Source: a virus. Taken from it: a stretch of DNA of 64,000 nt. A program made the position numbers and the translations under genes. The notes under the pieces were generated by a model. The model ran no database searches. It was not told where the DNA came from and saw nothing but the letters and a program-made list of their open reading frames with translations. The number at the start of each line of letters is the position of its first letter. The first letter of the stretch is position 1. Below, in pieces: positions 1-10,092 of this stretch. The DNA is taken from IMG/VR virus record IMGVR_UViG_3300030117_004272, positions 1 through 64,000 of that record, one strand, 5' to 3'.

Positions 1-894
1 ATTTAAATTAACATCTTTGTCTTTAGAGTATTGCTCGGCTAATTGTTCACGTAGTAATTTGTTAAAAAAGTTCCTATCCTTTTTAACAAACATTCCACCG
101 TGTAGTTCTTCTTTAGCGGATCTACCCTGATCTTCTCTAATAAGTAGATTAGATAAAGCATCGAAGTTTTCTCTAGCTTGGTCATTACCCACCTCATCCG
201 AAAGTAGGTTTTGTACTTCATTCAATAATCGGCTTCTCCTCTGATCTTTAAATCTGTTAGCTCCGATATCGCTCCCCTGCTGTAGTCCTGACTGAACGAG
301 AATAGCATCTTCATAAGAAACAGCTCCATCGCGAACGGCATTTTCAAAAGCTGAAACAGGATTCATTACTGAAGTCCCTCCAATAATTTGTCTGCTTCCA
401 TCAAGGTTACTTAAAGAAGCAAAAGGAAGTTCTCCTACATCAACAAGAAATGACTTAGCATCATTTAAAGTTTTGTTAAGAACCTCTTCACTCTCACCGT
501 TTTCTTTGCCCTGCTTCCAAACACTCGCGACGTTTTCTCCAAAAGCTCTAGTAACAAGATTAGTCTGCTTGTCTAAAGATACAGGATTAGGTTTAAATAT
601 CGCAGAGTTCGGGGTCTCTTCATCAATAAATCCTTCTTCTAGTAAGTGTCTTTTTAAAGAGGCATTAATATTACCTTCAACAGCTTCACTTAAAGTACCC
701 TGATCGAACCAATGCATACGATGGTAGTTCGCATAGCTCCTCCACTTTTGTTCACGATCTGGTATTCCTGATCCAATTTGAGCGTCCCATGTATCAAAGT
801 CTAAAGGAGGCGCAACATTATCGGCCTCCTGTGGGTTTTGTAATAGCGTTGCAAGGGTTCCTATACCCTTAGAAGAAGGCGATATTTCTGACAT
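1..894 (-). CDS. N-terminal part of a giant internal virion (ejection/polyvalent) protein, copy A; runs off the left edge
   Basis: Not in the ORF track because it has no stop. Hand translation from ATG at 894: MSEISPSSKGIG...NVAPPLDFDTW...YANYHRMHWFDQGTL...LNDAKSFLVDVGELPFA...IIGG. This aligns with the N-terminus of 50709..60008 (NVAPLQSFSQW...YADYQRGHFFRTGEL...LNSAKMLLVDSGILPFA...IIGG). Confidence 0.85.
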   Translation of the reverse strand, partial: MSEISPSSKGIGTLATLLQNPQEADNVAPPLDFDTWDAQIGSGIPDREQKWRSYANYHRMHWFDQGTLSEAVEGNINASLKRHLLEEGFIDEETPNSAIFKPNPVSLDKQTNLVTRAFGENVASVWKQGKENGESEEVLNKTLNDAKSFLVDVGELPFASLSNLDGSRQIIGGTSVMNPVSAFENAVRDGAVSYEDAILVQSGLQQGSDIGANRFKDQRRSRLLNEVQNLLSDEVGNDQARENFDALSNLLIREDQGRSAKEELHGGMFVKKDRNFFNKLLREQLAEQYSKDKDVNLN

Positions 895-928
895 AGCAGT
901 AAATAAGGTTATGTTGTGTTATTAGATT

Positions 929-2086
929 TTAAAAAATAGATCTTTGTTCTGTTTTAGATTGTGCGGTCCCTAAAGGAGAAGCTCCTTGGCGAGCCAAGAA
1001 AGCACTTCTTTGACTGTTTACCATACCAACTAGTTCTTGAGCTAATGTGTCAAGATCTTCAGTTTCAAGTATTCTTCGTAACTCTACTGTTCCTTTGTCT
1101 TTTGAGGTTAGTTGTGATGTACTAGAAAGGCCAAGTGAGCTGAGTATAATATTTCTTATGTATTGCTTCTTAAAATTATCCGCTGCATTAACGTCACCCT
1201 TTGCGTCTTCTATATCGACTCCCATTGCAGCTAAGAAAGCTATATCTTTAACGGTTAGTTCTTCCTGACCTGTAATCCATTTAATAGCAGTATCAGCGTG
1301 TTTTTCTAAATCATCGAGCATCATCTCTTGGGCTTTCAAACCCTTAACCGACTGTCTTTGTTTAGCTAAACCTCTAGAAAGTGCAGTATAGCTGTCTAAT
1401 TCATTTTGTGATAAACCTGATATGTTTTGGATTCCCACTTCATCACCTACTTCAGCGAGCTTCAATGCTAATGATCGTGGAGCTGTTCTGTTTACACCTG
1501 TAGCAGAGGTGGTCTTATCAAATAAACCAATCAAGTTAGCAGTTGCAGGATTGTTAAGAGCTGTAGGATTATCAGTAAGTATATCTAACATCCCTTTAGT
1601 TCTTTGTTCCTGAGACACTCCAGTTTCAAGTAAAGGCTTTAACCGTTGAGCAACGATAGGAGCAAGGTTAGCGGCTTTACGTTCTTCACGCATCTTACGT
1701 TGAGCGTCTACAACACCTAAGAAAGCTGCTTGCCCTTTGTCAAACGCTTCAAACTGTGGTTCAAATCTTCTTCTAAACCCTTCTTGCTCTGAAGGAGTCA
1801 TACCTGAATTAGCAAGATCACTAAAGAACTGCCCACGCATAGGGGCTATATCTCTTTGATAATCAAAGTCGGGTTGAGCTGCAAGCTTTTGAGATTCAGC
1901 GATCAAGTTAGACGCTTCATTCTCCATGATGCGGTGCTCTGGTCTGTATATAGTAGGCTCATTAAGACGAGCCTGTTCAGCAGCCATAGCCATTTGACCA
2001 GCCTGACTTGTATATCCTTTTCTTCTTAAACGACGAGACGCACGTTTAAGTTTATTGGAAACACGATCACGAGTAAACCGAGCCAT
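929..2086 (-). CDS. Putative internal virion protein (copy A)
   Basis: 385 aa, helical. Homologous to 60047..61156 (shared KRAxRRLRRKGY...QMA...RLNEPTI) and in the same position upstream of the giant protein. Confidence 0.6.
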   Translation of the reverse strand: MARFTRDRVSNKLKRASRRLRRKGYTSQAGQMAMAAEQARLNEPTIYRPEHRIMENEASNLIAESQKLAAQPDFDYQRDIAPMRGQFFSDLANSGMTPSEQEGFRRRFEPQFEAFDKGQAAFLGVVDAQRKMREERKAANLAPIVAQRLKPLLETGVSQEQRTKGMLDILTDNPTALNNPATANLIGLFDKTTSATGVNRTAPRSLALKLAEVGDEVGIQNISGLSQNELDSYTALSRGLAKQRQSVKGLKAQEMMLDDLEKHADTAIKWITGQEELTVKDIAFLAAMGVDIEDAKGDVNAADNFKKQYIRNIILSSLGLSSTSQLTSKDKGTVELRRILETEDLDTLAQELVGMVNSQRSAFLARQGASPLGTAQSKTEQRSIF

Positions 2087-3063
2087 TACCTATTTCTTCT
2101 TTTTTTATCTAATTCACGTTGCTCCTCAATCATTGATTTTAAAGATGGAGGTTCTTTAGGAGCTTCATAAGTTCTTCGGCCCTTTGGAATATCTCCCGAT
2201 AAAGCGCGGGGCATAACTCCTGTATCTTTAAAAAATTGTTGCTCTCCTTTTTGTGCAGTAGCTACATCTCTCATTCTGGACTTAGCCCTATTCAAAACAG
2301 TAGCTTTGTTCTGTTGCTGTTCTCTAGCCATTCTATCACGGACGACTAAATTCCTAGCAGCTACTTGTTCCTCAGTTCTTTGTCTAAAAGGAGTTGGTTT
2401 CCTCATTTCTCTAGCAGCAGTAAGAATACTACTGGACCCTAATTGATAAGTATCTCCTTTCAAAATGTCACGGGCTCTATCTAAAGCAGACTTTCTAGAA
2501 TCGGATCTTGAAGTTGCAGGACTCGGACTCGCCTCCGTCGATTCTACCATTAAAGGTCTTGTAGAAACCAATTGACCTTTATCATCAAACGCAAGTTTAG
2601 GAGCAGTGCTAACCACATTACCCGATGAATCTAGAGCAGTACTAGTTCCAGCGGGAGTTGAGCTTCTTCCCATCGAGCCAGAACCTGTTCCTGCTGTTCC
2701 TTGTTGGCCTGTAGTTTCAGGTGGAGCAGAAGCAGTAGATTGATTTGGCATTCTCCCACTCAAAATAGAAGCTCTAGATAAAGCATCTTTTGGGGTATTT
2801 GTTATAGGTCTTGTTCCCTCTTTACGAAGAAACGAAAAATCATAATCTTCCCCAAAAATAGATTTTAATTGATTGTCTTCGGAGGGACTAAGAGAAGGTT
2901 TAGTTATTATAGTACCTAATTCTTCTACTAAACGAGCTTTTTCTGCTTCTATTTCTCTTGCTCTTGGGGGATAGCCGAGTCTCTTTTGAGCTTGTTCAAA
3001 GGCATATTTCCTAAAAGCAGGGTTCTCTCTTAAAGATTTATCTACGTCACTACTAACAGCCAT
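2086..3063 (-). CDS. Hypothetical low-complexity protein, probable internal virion protein
   Basis: 325-aa ORF with an S/T/G-rich middle, between terL and the ejection-type genes; translationally coupled to 929..2086. Confidence 0.5.
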   Translation of the reverse strand: MAVSSDVDKSLRENPAFRKYAFEQAQKRLGYPPRAREIEAEKARLVEELGTIITKPSLSPSEDNQLKSIFGEDYDFSFLRKEGTRPITNTPKDALSRASILSGRMPNQSTASAPPETTGQQGTAGTGSGSMGRSSTPAGTSTALDSSGNVVSTAPKLAFDDKGQLVSTRPLMVESTEASPSPATSRSDSRKSALDRARDILKGDTYQLGSSSILTAAREMRKPTPFRQRTEEQVAARNLVVRDRMAREQQQNKATVLNRAKSRMRDVATAQKGEQQFFKDTGVMPRALSGDIPKGRRTYEAPKEPPSLKSMIEEQRELDKKRRNR

Positions 3064-3134
3064 AAACTAAATTTAAACTCTTTTTTCATAAAGGCAACAC
3101 GCTAAACCCTACATATATTATTCTTCTATATACC

Positions 3135-3174
3135 TAATTAAGTTTATTCTATTAATTTAGAATAAACTTAATTA
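3135..3174. repeat. Perfect 17-bp AT-rich inverted repeat downstream of terL
   Basis: TAATTAAGTTTATTCTA-ttaatt-TAGAATAAACTTAATTA. Confidence 0.8.
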
Positions 3175-3202
3175 CAGTTCTGAGAAACTTTTCAGTTTAC
3201 TT

Positions 3203-4969
3203 TTACAAAGGATTGTTAGCAAGAATACCTGTAAGCCTCTTCATTGATTTGTGTGGTCTTGGCTTTCCTGATGGAGAAGCCGAAGGAGGATCGACCGCTA
3301 CTAAACCGTGTCTTTGACGAGCAACATCTAAACATAAGAAAGCTGCGTCCGCTAAGTCAGGGCTTTTGCCAAACCTAGATTTAAATTCTACTTTAGATTC
3401 CATCTTCATCCTAAGACTCGACCCTTTGATCATGTCATATTTTCTCCCTGTTATTTCTTGAGCTAGATCTGACGATATACCGAACAGTTGTTTAGTCCTT
3501 ATTAATTCCTTTCCAACAAACCAAAGTTCGGTTACCCTATTAGTATACAATTCATGCGCTAATTTTTTACTATTAGCACTGACTTTTTTATCCGTAGCCT
3601 TCCCTCCAAATGACACCCGAAGAATATCATCACTCCACTCCCCTGCCAGCAAGTCACATAAAGGAGCTCCAGCTCCTGTCGAGTCTACTGCCAGATCAAG
3701 AGGAAGAACCCCCCGTTTCTCGCACTCCCGACGAACCTGCTGAACAACCTGATAACTCCGCGGGGTACTCTTGTTGGTGGCATCGTCATTAATTTGGACT
3801 GCTTCTCCTAGTTCGCATACATATTGGCCTGACGTATCATAGCCAACCTTGCCGAATACTAACATGCATCGGTCACCTGAATTAGTGAACGCGGGGTCAA
3901 ATCCACATATATTTACAGGGCTACCTTTCCATTGTACCTGCCTCATGGACCCTGATCTCGCTAGTTCTGCTTCAGTATAAACACCTTCTGCTTCATCGCT
4001 ATCGAAGAAAACAGCACGTACCATCCGCATATAACCTCTACTATTAGGGCCTAATAAAGCCTTATCTTCATTTAGTTTTTCAGTTGTTGGTAGCCAAGGG
4101 TATAGTACTTCGTCAGCTAGAACATTAGGAGATCTCTCTGCATCGAACCTAATATAAGTACCACCCCACTTTGTTTCCCATGTGTCAGCAGAGTTGGTAT
4201 CTACTGAATCCCATCCACCTTTAGGCTCTGAAAAAACCCCAAAGGCATCGAACCGAGACGATGGGTTACTAAGAGCGACCAGAGAAAAAGAAGGGTTCTT
4301 AGATAAGTTTGATAGCGAAGCTTGCAATATACTTTCACTTAACTCAGAAAGCTCATCACCAATCAGTATAACTTTCTTTTGTTTAATACCGATGAGTTTA
4401 CCTATAGCATCTTTAGTTCTACTTCTTTCTGACGCTATCAAAGATAGTCCCGCTTTCTCTACAAGATTACCTGATGGTGTAACGTAACAAGCGTTACCTA
4501 TACTGTCTCTAATTCTTATCGGTGCTAGACCTTCAAGAGGTAACAGCAAACTGATCACTGATCCCCAAATCCTTTTCCTTGCTTCACGAAGCGTGGTTGA
4601 TGTTAAAAGAACCAGAGTATCTTGAGGTTGAGCTAACCAACTAAGGACTCCCCATGCAGCTAGTGTATGTGATTTACCTGAAGAAGCTGCTCCTCCTATA
4701 GCAACATACTTATTTTCAATAACAGCTCTGATCATTTCCTCTGCCCACGGATGTCTAATCATCAGTGGTTCAGCAACTAAATCAGGGTTATTAAAGAGCT
4801 CATCACACAACCTCCAGAAATAATATTCCCTAGCGTCATGATCTGTGTGGTGATGAAACCCATACAATAAACCTGTTAAAGTGTTTGTAGGAGGTAATAT
4901 AAAACCACCAACATCCATTTTTTGTTTGCTGTTTATCCGTGGTTCAAATTTAAAGTTCTTCTTAGTCAC
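3203..4969 (-). CDS. terL: Terminase large subunit (copy A)
   Basis: Walker A GGAASSGKSH, Walker B VILIGDE, coupling motif LSNP, RNase H-like nuclease GFDPAF...AVDSTG...SPDLADA. Confidence 0.92.
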   Translation of the reverse strand: MTKKNFKFEPRINSKQKMDVGGFILPPTNTLTGLLYGFHHHTDHDAREYYFWRLCDELFNNPDLVAEPLMIRHPWAEEMIRAVIENKYVAIGGAASSGKSHTLAAWGVLSWLAQPQDTLVLLTSTTLREARKRIWGSVISLLLPLEGLAPIRIRDSIGNACYVTPSGNLVEKAGLSLIASERSRTKDAIGKLIGIKQKKVILIGDELSELSESILQASLSNLSKNPSFSLVALSNPSSRFDAFGVFSEPKGGWDSVDTNSADTWETKWGGTYIRFDAERSPNVLADEVLYPWLPTTEKLNEDKALLGPNSRGYMRMVRAVFFDSDEAEGVYTEAELARSGSMRQVQWKGSPVNICGFDPAFTNSGDRCMLVFGKVGYDTSGQYVCELGEAVQINDDATNKSTPRSYQVVQQVRRECEKRGVLPLDLAVDSTGAGAPLCDLLAGEWSDDILRVSFGGKATDKKVSANSKKLAHELYTNRVTELWFVGKELIRTKQLFGISSDLAQEITGRKYDMIKGSSLRMKMESKVEFKSRFGKSPDLADAAFLCLDVARQRHGLVAVDPPSASPSGKPRPHKSMKRLTGILANNPL

Positions 4970-4996
4970 ACTTGAAATCTAGTAGTTATAAAGGTA

Positions 4997-5587
4997 ATGT
5001 TAATTACTTTGTCAAAAAAGTCTAAAAAAGATATTTTACTAGAACGAGCTCTTGAAATGATAAGTGCGGGATATAAGCACGTAAATATATGTAAAGAGTT
5101 GGATATACACCCGTCTACGCTTAGGCGGTGGTTACGTAAAGAGGGGATCAAAGCTAAAGAAGAACCTAAAGAACCAAAGAAACTCGATGTTGTTCAAGAC
5201 GTTTTAGATAAAGAGCTAGAAAAGAAAACTGATGATGCAATAAAGATTGCTAAACATGACGCAAGGAAAGCTGAAGACGAAGCTATGATGGAAATAGCTG
5301 AATCTCAAAGTAGCCCTGCTGAGAAGTACCAATCTTACATAGCTGCTGCGGGTATTAAGCTACTAAGAGATTCTGTAAAAAATCTAAGAGGACCTAAGAC
5401 AGTTCGCGAACTATCAGAACTAGATCAGTTGATAAGAAGGAACTTAGGTTTAAATGCAAAGAATGCAGGAGGAGCAGGTAAAGTACAAATAGACATCAGC
5501 ATTTTACATAACACCAAAGCCGATAGGGGTAATGGGTCAATAAAAATAAAAGACGAAGATATAATCGATGCCGAAGAAGCCGAATGA
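4997..5587 (+). CDS. HTH protein, probable terminase small subunit
   Basis: N-terminal HTH (ICKELDIHPSTLRRW) followed by a helical oligomerisation-like region; divergent from and adjacent to terL. Confidence 0.6.
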   Translation: MLITLSKKSKKDILLERALEMISAGYKHVNICKELDIHPSTLRRWLRKEGIKAKEEPKEPKKLDVVQDVLDKELEKKTDDAIKIAKHDARKAEDEAMMEIAESQSSPAEKYQSYIAAAGIKLLRDSVKNLRGPKTVRELSELDQLIRRNLGLNAKNAGGAGKVQIDISILHNTKADRGNGSIKIKDEDIIDAEEAE

Positions 5588-5831
5588 ATTTGAGACCGAA
5601 GAAGATGCGGAATCTGTTTTGTTATTGTATGCAGGACTAGAGGACGCTTTCATTGGTACTGTAGAGCAGTATGGCAGACCTCCTATAGCATGTTATAGTA
5701 AGACTATAACACTTGAGCTTTTGCAAAAGAACTATGAGTTAACGGAGAAACAAGCCATTGAAAAGTTTGAGTTTGAATATTTACAAAACAATTTTGAAGA
5801 AGCAACCCCATGTTGGCTGGACGACATATAA
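5568..5831 (+). CDS. Conserved phage hypothetical protein (paralog of 14021..14302)
   Basis: GLEDAFIG...PPIACYS versus DLDEAFVG...PPRAVYS. Confidence 0.65.
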   Translation: MPKKPNEFETEEDAESVLLLYAGLEDAFIGTVEQYGRPPIACYSKTITLELLQKNYELTEKQAIEKFEFEYLQNNFEEATPCWLDDI

Positions 5832-6076
5832 AACCAAGACCTCTTTTTCCTAATAAAAAAGTTGTTTCAGATCCTTGGATTGTTAAAAGAGAGAACATAC
5901 CTCCCTCCGACTTTACGTTTTGTTGTGATTTATTAGCAGGAGAATATTATTTAGTTATACCCGCAACAGCAAGAGAAGTTGGTTTCCTCCAGCTACTACA
6001 GAAAAACATAGATTGTTTTTTACCTATGGAAGGAGACGGTCTTCTAATTACTAAAAGGTGCTTAGATGGATATTGA
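5810..6076 (+). CDS. Hypothetical protein
   Basis: 88-aa ORF filling the operon gap; start codon uncertain. Confidence 0.5.
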   Translation: MLAGRHIKPRPLFPNKKVVSDPWIVKRENIPPSDFTFCCDLLAGEYYLVIPATAREVGFLQLLQKNIDCFLPMEGDGLLITKRCLDGY

Positions 6077-6590
6077 TGAAGAAGACGTAATCGTTGGAGT
6101 GGATAACGGGCTCAATGGAGGGCTGGTAGGTATATCTCGTTATACAGGAGGGGTGATTGCAAAAACTGTCATGCCTACTTTAGTTAGGGGTAAAAAGAAA
6201 GAAGTGGATATTTACAAAGTATATCAATGGGTGCTCAGTTTAGATTCTCGATTTATATTTGCAGTCGAAGAACCTTTACACCACGCTAAATCTTCTCAAG
6301 CTGTTAGGTCTATGGGTATTTCTTTTGGTAAACTATTAGGGTTAGCTGAAACTAAACAGTGGAATCTTAGACGAGTAAAAGTACACAACTGGCAACATTC
6401 AATGTTAGGTCATTTAAGAGCTCCTTATAATACAAAGGAAGCAGCTTTAACAGTAGCTAATAACTTAGCTCCTGATGAGTGTTGGTTAAAAAATAAACGA
6501 TGTTCTAAAGCACATGACGGTATGGTAGATGCTTTTTTAATAGCTCAATACATACGAAAAGGGTATAAAATATTAGACGGTCGTATTTAA
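6066..6590 (+). CDS. RuvC-like Holliday junction resolvase
   Basis: IVGVDNGLNGG (first acidic residue), AVEEP, HDGMVDAFLIA: the phage RuvC pattern. Confidence 0.8.
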   Translation: MDIDEEDVIVGVDNGLNGGLVGISRYTGGVIAKTVMPTLVRGKKKEVDIYKVYQWVLSLDSRFIFAVEEPLHHAKSSQAVRSMGISFGKLLGLAETKQWNLRRVKVHNWQHSMLGHLRAPYNTKEAALTVANNLAPDECWLKNKRCSKAHDGMVDAFLIAQYIRKGYKILDGRI

Positions 6591-6644
6591 GTTTAATTTT
6601 TTCTAGACATAATTACCTAAAAGGATTATTAAAAGATCCTCGCT

Positions 6645-7940
6645 ATGAAAACTTTGTTCCCCAAACAAGAAGAGGCTTGTTCTTTTTTTGTAGATAAACA
6701 GTCTCAACAAATTAATACGATTGATACCAGTGAAGTTGGTACAGGTAAGACTGTTGTAGCCGCTCACTTAGCTAAAAGACTTAGTGTACCTATTGCTGTT
6801 ATTTGCCCTAAGTCAGTTATACCTTCGTGGGAAAGAGAGCTAAAAGAAGTGGGGATAACTCCACTATTCGTTTATAACTATGAAGCTATTCGTAGAGGTA
6901 AACCTCCTTACTTACGTAAAAAAGGTAAGAAGATAATGACATGGAACATGCCTCCTAACACATTAGTTCTTATTGACGAAATACATAAATGCAAAGGAGC
7001 GTTCACACAAAATGCGCAACTTGTTATTAGCTTAGTTCAACAAGGTTTTTCAGTTCATGGGATGTCTGCTACATCCTGTGAAGACCCAACTGAAATGAGA
7101 GCTTTAGGTTATATGTTGGGTTTACATAACTTAAACAAAACAGAAGGAGTAAAATTTAGTTGGTATAGTTGGATGAAGAAGAACGGCTGTGTGCAAGACC
7201 AATGGAAACAATGGAGGTTATCTAAGAAAGCTTCTCTACAAAGTATTAAAGAAAAAATCTATGGAGTTGTTGGCAGCAAACTAACAGTACAAGATTTTCC
7301 TGACAGTTTTAAAAACAACAGAGTGTTTGTTGAATATACAGAGTTTGCGGAAAAAGAATCTATTCAAGCTATCTACGATGAGTTTGAGATAACGCCTGAT
7401 GTAGTAGAGAACTACATAGATGGGACAATCAATAGCGACGATAGTGAAATAATCTTAGTAAAAATACTACGAGCCCGTCAGTTAACTGAGCTGTGTAAAA
7501 TACCTGACCTCGTAAACATGGCTAAAGATTTAAAGGATCAAGGGAACTCTGTAGTTATATTCGTCAACTTCAAAGACACGGTAGACCTACTAGCTAAAAA
7601 ACTTTCGTGCAAAACAATACAAGGAGGTCAGTCTGTGCAAGAAAGACAATCTAATGTAGATAGATTTCAAGAAGACAAAGACCACGTTCTTGTAGTTAAC
7701 ATAGCTGCGGGAGGCACTGGACTTTCTTTGCACGATACTTTAGGCAAAAGACCACGAGTTAGTTTGATATGTCCATCATATTCTGCTAAAGAATATGCTC
7801 AGACATTAGGACGTATCCATAGAAACGGGGCGAAGTCAGATGCCGTACAAAAAGTTTTAATATCCGAAGGCTCTATTGAGGAGCATGTGATAAAAGCAGT
7901 AAACAGAAAATTAGATAATTTAAAAGAACTACATGGATAA
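6645..7940 (+). CDS. Superfamily 2 (SNF2/Res-like) DNA helicase
   Basis: GTGKT, DEIH, SAT, GGTGLSL and QTLGRIHR motifs. Confidence 0.9.
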   Translation: MKTLFPKQEEACSFFVDKQSQQINTIDTSEVGTGKTVVAAHLAKRLSVPIAVICPKSVIPSWERELKEVGITPLFVYNYEAIRRGKPPYLRKKGKKIMTWNMPPNTLVLIDEIHKCKGAFTQNAQLVISLVQQGFSVHGMSATSCEDPTEMRALGYMLGLHNLNKTEGVKFSWYSWMKKNGCVQDQWKQWRLSKKASLQSIKEKIYGVVGSKLTVQDFPDSFKNNRVFVEYTEFAEKESIQAIYDEFEITPDVVENYIDGTINSDDSEIILVKILRARQLTELCKIPDLVNMAKDLKDQGNSVVIFVNFKDTVDLLAKKLSCKTIQGGQSVQERQSNVDRFQEDKDHVLVVNIAAGGTGLSLHDTLGKRPRVSLICPSYSAKEYAQTLGRIHRNGAKSDAVQKVLISEGSIEEHVIKAVNRKLDNLKELHG

Positions 7941-9051
7941 TACACCAGACCACGGAAGTAGGGGACACGCGGAGTTCTCCCCCTCAAGTTTAAAATACGT
8001 AGCAGGATGTGCAGGATACGAAGGTAGGTCAGGTACAAATGCCGCAGCGGAAAAAGGAACTCGAATACACGAAGCTTTAGAAGTTAGAGATCCCTCTGCA
8101 TTGCATGATGAAGAAGAGGTTGAGATATATGACATGATTGTGGCTGATGAGAAAGCTTTCAACGAAAGTTTTTTTGGTAACACTCCTTATGATGAACTCA
8201 ACGAGATTCAAGTTCAAGTTGATCTACAAGGAACCGAGACATGGGGAACCTGTGATAGGTTTTTAGTTGCAGGAGACAAAGCTGTTATGGCCGATTATAA
8301 AACAGGGATATCTAAAATAGATTCTCCTAAAGATAATTGGCAAGCGAAGGCATACACGCTTGGAGCTTTTCAAGCTTTTCCTAAAGTGAACGAGATAGAC
8401 TTTGTCTTTTATATACCTGTACGCTCTGAAGTTTTACACGACAAATTTACAAGAGCTGATGTTCCTTTATTAACAAAAGAACTTAGTGAAGTAATTCAAA
8501 GAGGTGAGATGGTTAGGCCAAAATGGAAAGGTGGAGTACCTGACCATGATGAGTTAACTCCAACAGTTAACTGTAGGTTTTGTAAACACGAAGATCATTG
8601 TCCTGCTTTAGGAGGGCTCGCTTTAGAAGTTGCTTCGAAAGTTGCGGGAGAGCCATTACCAAACAAAGAAGATTTTGATTCTGATGATCCTGAAGTTTTA
8701 GAAAAGTTATGGAGCGTTGCTAAGGTTGTATCAAATTGGGCTACAAGAATAAAAGCTAAAGCAGTAGAGCAAGCTAAAGAAGGTAAAGAGTTCCCAACTT
8801 TAAAACTTAAAAACATGGGAGCTACTAAAAAGTGTACTGACAATATAAGTATGTTAGAGATTGCAGAAACTTATGGAGTTACTGCTGAAGATTTATTAAG
8901 TGTATCTTCTTTACCAATAAAAAAGATAGCAGATCTTGTAGGTAAAAAATCCGACAAAGGAACTAAAAAAGAAAATTCAGATAATTTCCTTGCAGATCTT
9001 GAAGAAGCGGATATTATCAAAACTTCCGAGACGCGATTCACGCTCTCATAA
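7933..9051 (+). CDS. Cas4-like PD-(D/E)xK exonuclease (DUF2800-like)
   Basis: HAEFSPSS...C, GTRIHEALE, GTCD...DYKTG, Q..AY, CRFC...CP. Confidence 0.85.
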   Translation: MDNTPDHGSRGHAEFSPSSLKYVAGCAGYEGRSGTNAAAEKGTRIHEALEVRDPSALHDEEEVEIYDMIVADEKAFNESFFGNTPYDELNEIQVQVDLQGTETWGTCDRFLVAGDKAVMADYKTGISKIDSPKDNWQAKAYTLGAFQAFPKVNEIDFVFYIPVRSEVLHDKFTRADVPLLTKELSEVIQRGEMVRPKWKGGVPDHDELTPTVNCRFCKHEDHCPALGGLALEVASKVAGEPLPNKEDFDSDDPEVLEKLWSVAKVVSNWATRIKAKAVEQAKEGKEFPTLKLKNMGATKKCTDNISMLEIAETYGVTAEDLLSVSSLPIKKIADLVGKKSDKGTKKENSDNFLADLEEADIIKTSETRFTLS

Positions 9052-9081
9052 GAAAATAAGAAAATAAGACAATAAGAAAAA

Positions 9082-9720
9082 ATGAGTAAAGCTAAATTAG
9101 CAACCGTTAAAGAAGAGTTAGCAGAGGTATCAGATCCACCAAAGTTAGCTATCACCGCGAGCGATATTGAAATTCCTCGCCTTAATATAATTCAATCATC
9201 TAGTGAAATTGCAGGGGATGCAGGTTCAGTAGTGCTTGATAGAACAACAACTATCCTTGAGCCTGATAAGGAATGCCAAGTCATACCTGTTAATGCTCTC
9301 AAAGGATGGAGAGAGAACGTACCTTTTGGTTCTCCTGAAATGCCTCGCATAGCGTGGAATGAGGAGGAAAAGAAAGAGATTGAATCTGACAGTGAGTTCG
9401 GCACAATCGAATTTGCAGAAATCATTTTGCTTTTTCCAATGCCTAAAGGTGCAGATGAGGAGTTGTACCCGTATCCTATCGGAGAAGACCAGTACGCATT
9501 AGGAAAACTAAATGTAGCTAAAGATGCTTTTAGATGTACCTATAAGAGACTGGCAACTTTTTCTGCTTTTAATGATGATCCGTTATGCTCAAGAGCTTGG
9601 AACTTCAAAGCAGAATTATTAACAAGAGGTAGACACTCTTGGTTCGTACCTTCATTAACTGTTTCTAAGGATAAGTCTCCTGAAGATGTAACCAGTTTTG
9701 TAACCCGCATCACTAGCTAA
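9082..9720 (+). CDS. Probable single-stranded DNA-binding/annealing protein
   Basis: Lies between the exonuclease and the polymerase; DIEIPRLNIIQ start and an aromatic beta-rich C-terminus. Confidence 0.5.
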   Translation: MSKAKLATVKEELAEVSDPPKLAITASDIEIPRLNIIQSSSEIAGDAGSVVLDRTTTILEPDKECQVIPVNALKGWRENVPFGSPEMPRIAWNEEEKKEIESDSEFGTIEFAEIILLFPMPKGADEELYPYPIGEDQYALGKLNVAKDAFRCTYKRLATFSAFNDDPLCSRAWNFKAELLTRGRHSWFVPSLTVSKDKSPEDVTSFVTRITS

Positions 9721-9721
9721 C

Positions 9722-9958
9722 ATGTCAGAAGATAAAGTAGAAAGAATTATTGAAGACGAGCAGAGTATTTTTCAAGGGGAGTTAACTCAACTTGAAGGTA
9801 TTTTAGCTGAAATTGACGAAAAGATTGATGCTTTAAAAGTACAGAAAAAGAAAATGCAGACATTATCTAATGTATTTAACTCTGCACTTGAAGGCATCCA
9901 ACACGATCTTAAACAAGTAGAGCTTGGTCTGGAAGAATCCTCACAACATTCCGATTAA
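9722..9958 (+). CDS. Small acidic coiled-coil protein
   Basis: 78 aa with a heptad pattern. Confidence 0.6.
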   Translation: MSEDKVERIIEDEQSIFQGELTQLEGILAEIDEKIDALKVQKKKMQTLSNVFNSALEGIQHDLKQVELGLEESSQHSD

Positions 9959-10092
9959 GCATTTAAAAATTTTACGTAGTCATACGTAAAAACAGGGGCT
10001 CCGTTTCAGTGAGTTCCTTCATAGTATGAGAGGGATCGCCTACTCCTGTTCGTGGGGGACAGGGGTAGGCACTCTCATGAAAAATACCTCTT

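Noticed and set aside
1-4969. Direct terminal repeat or circular overlap with 59-64 kb
   Set aside because: The two blocks are homologous but clearly not identical.
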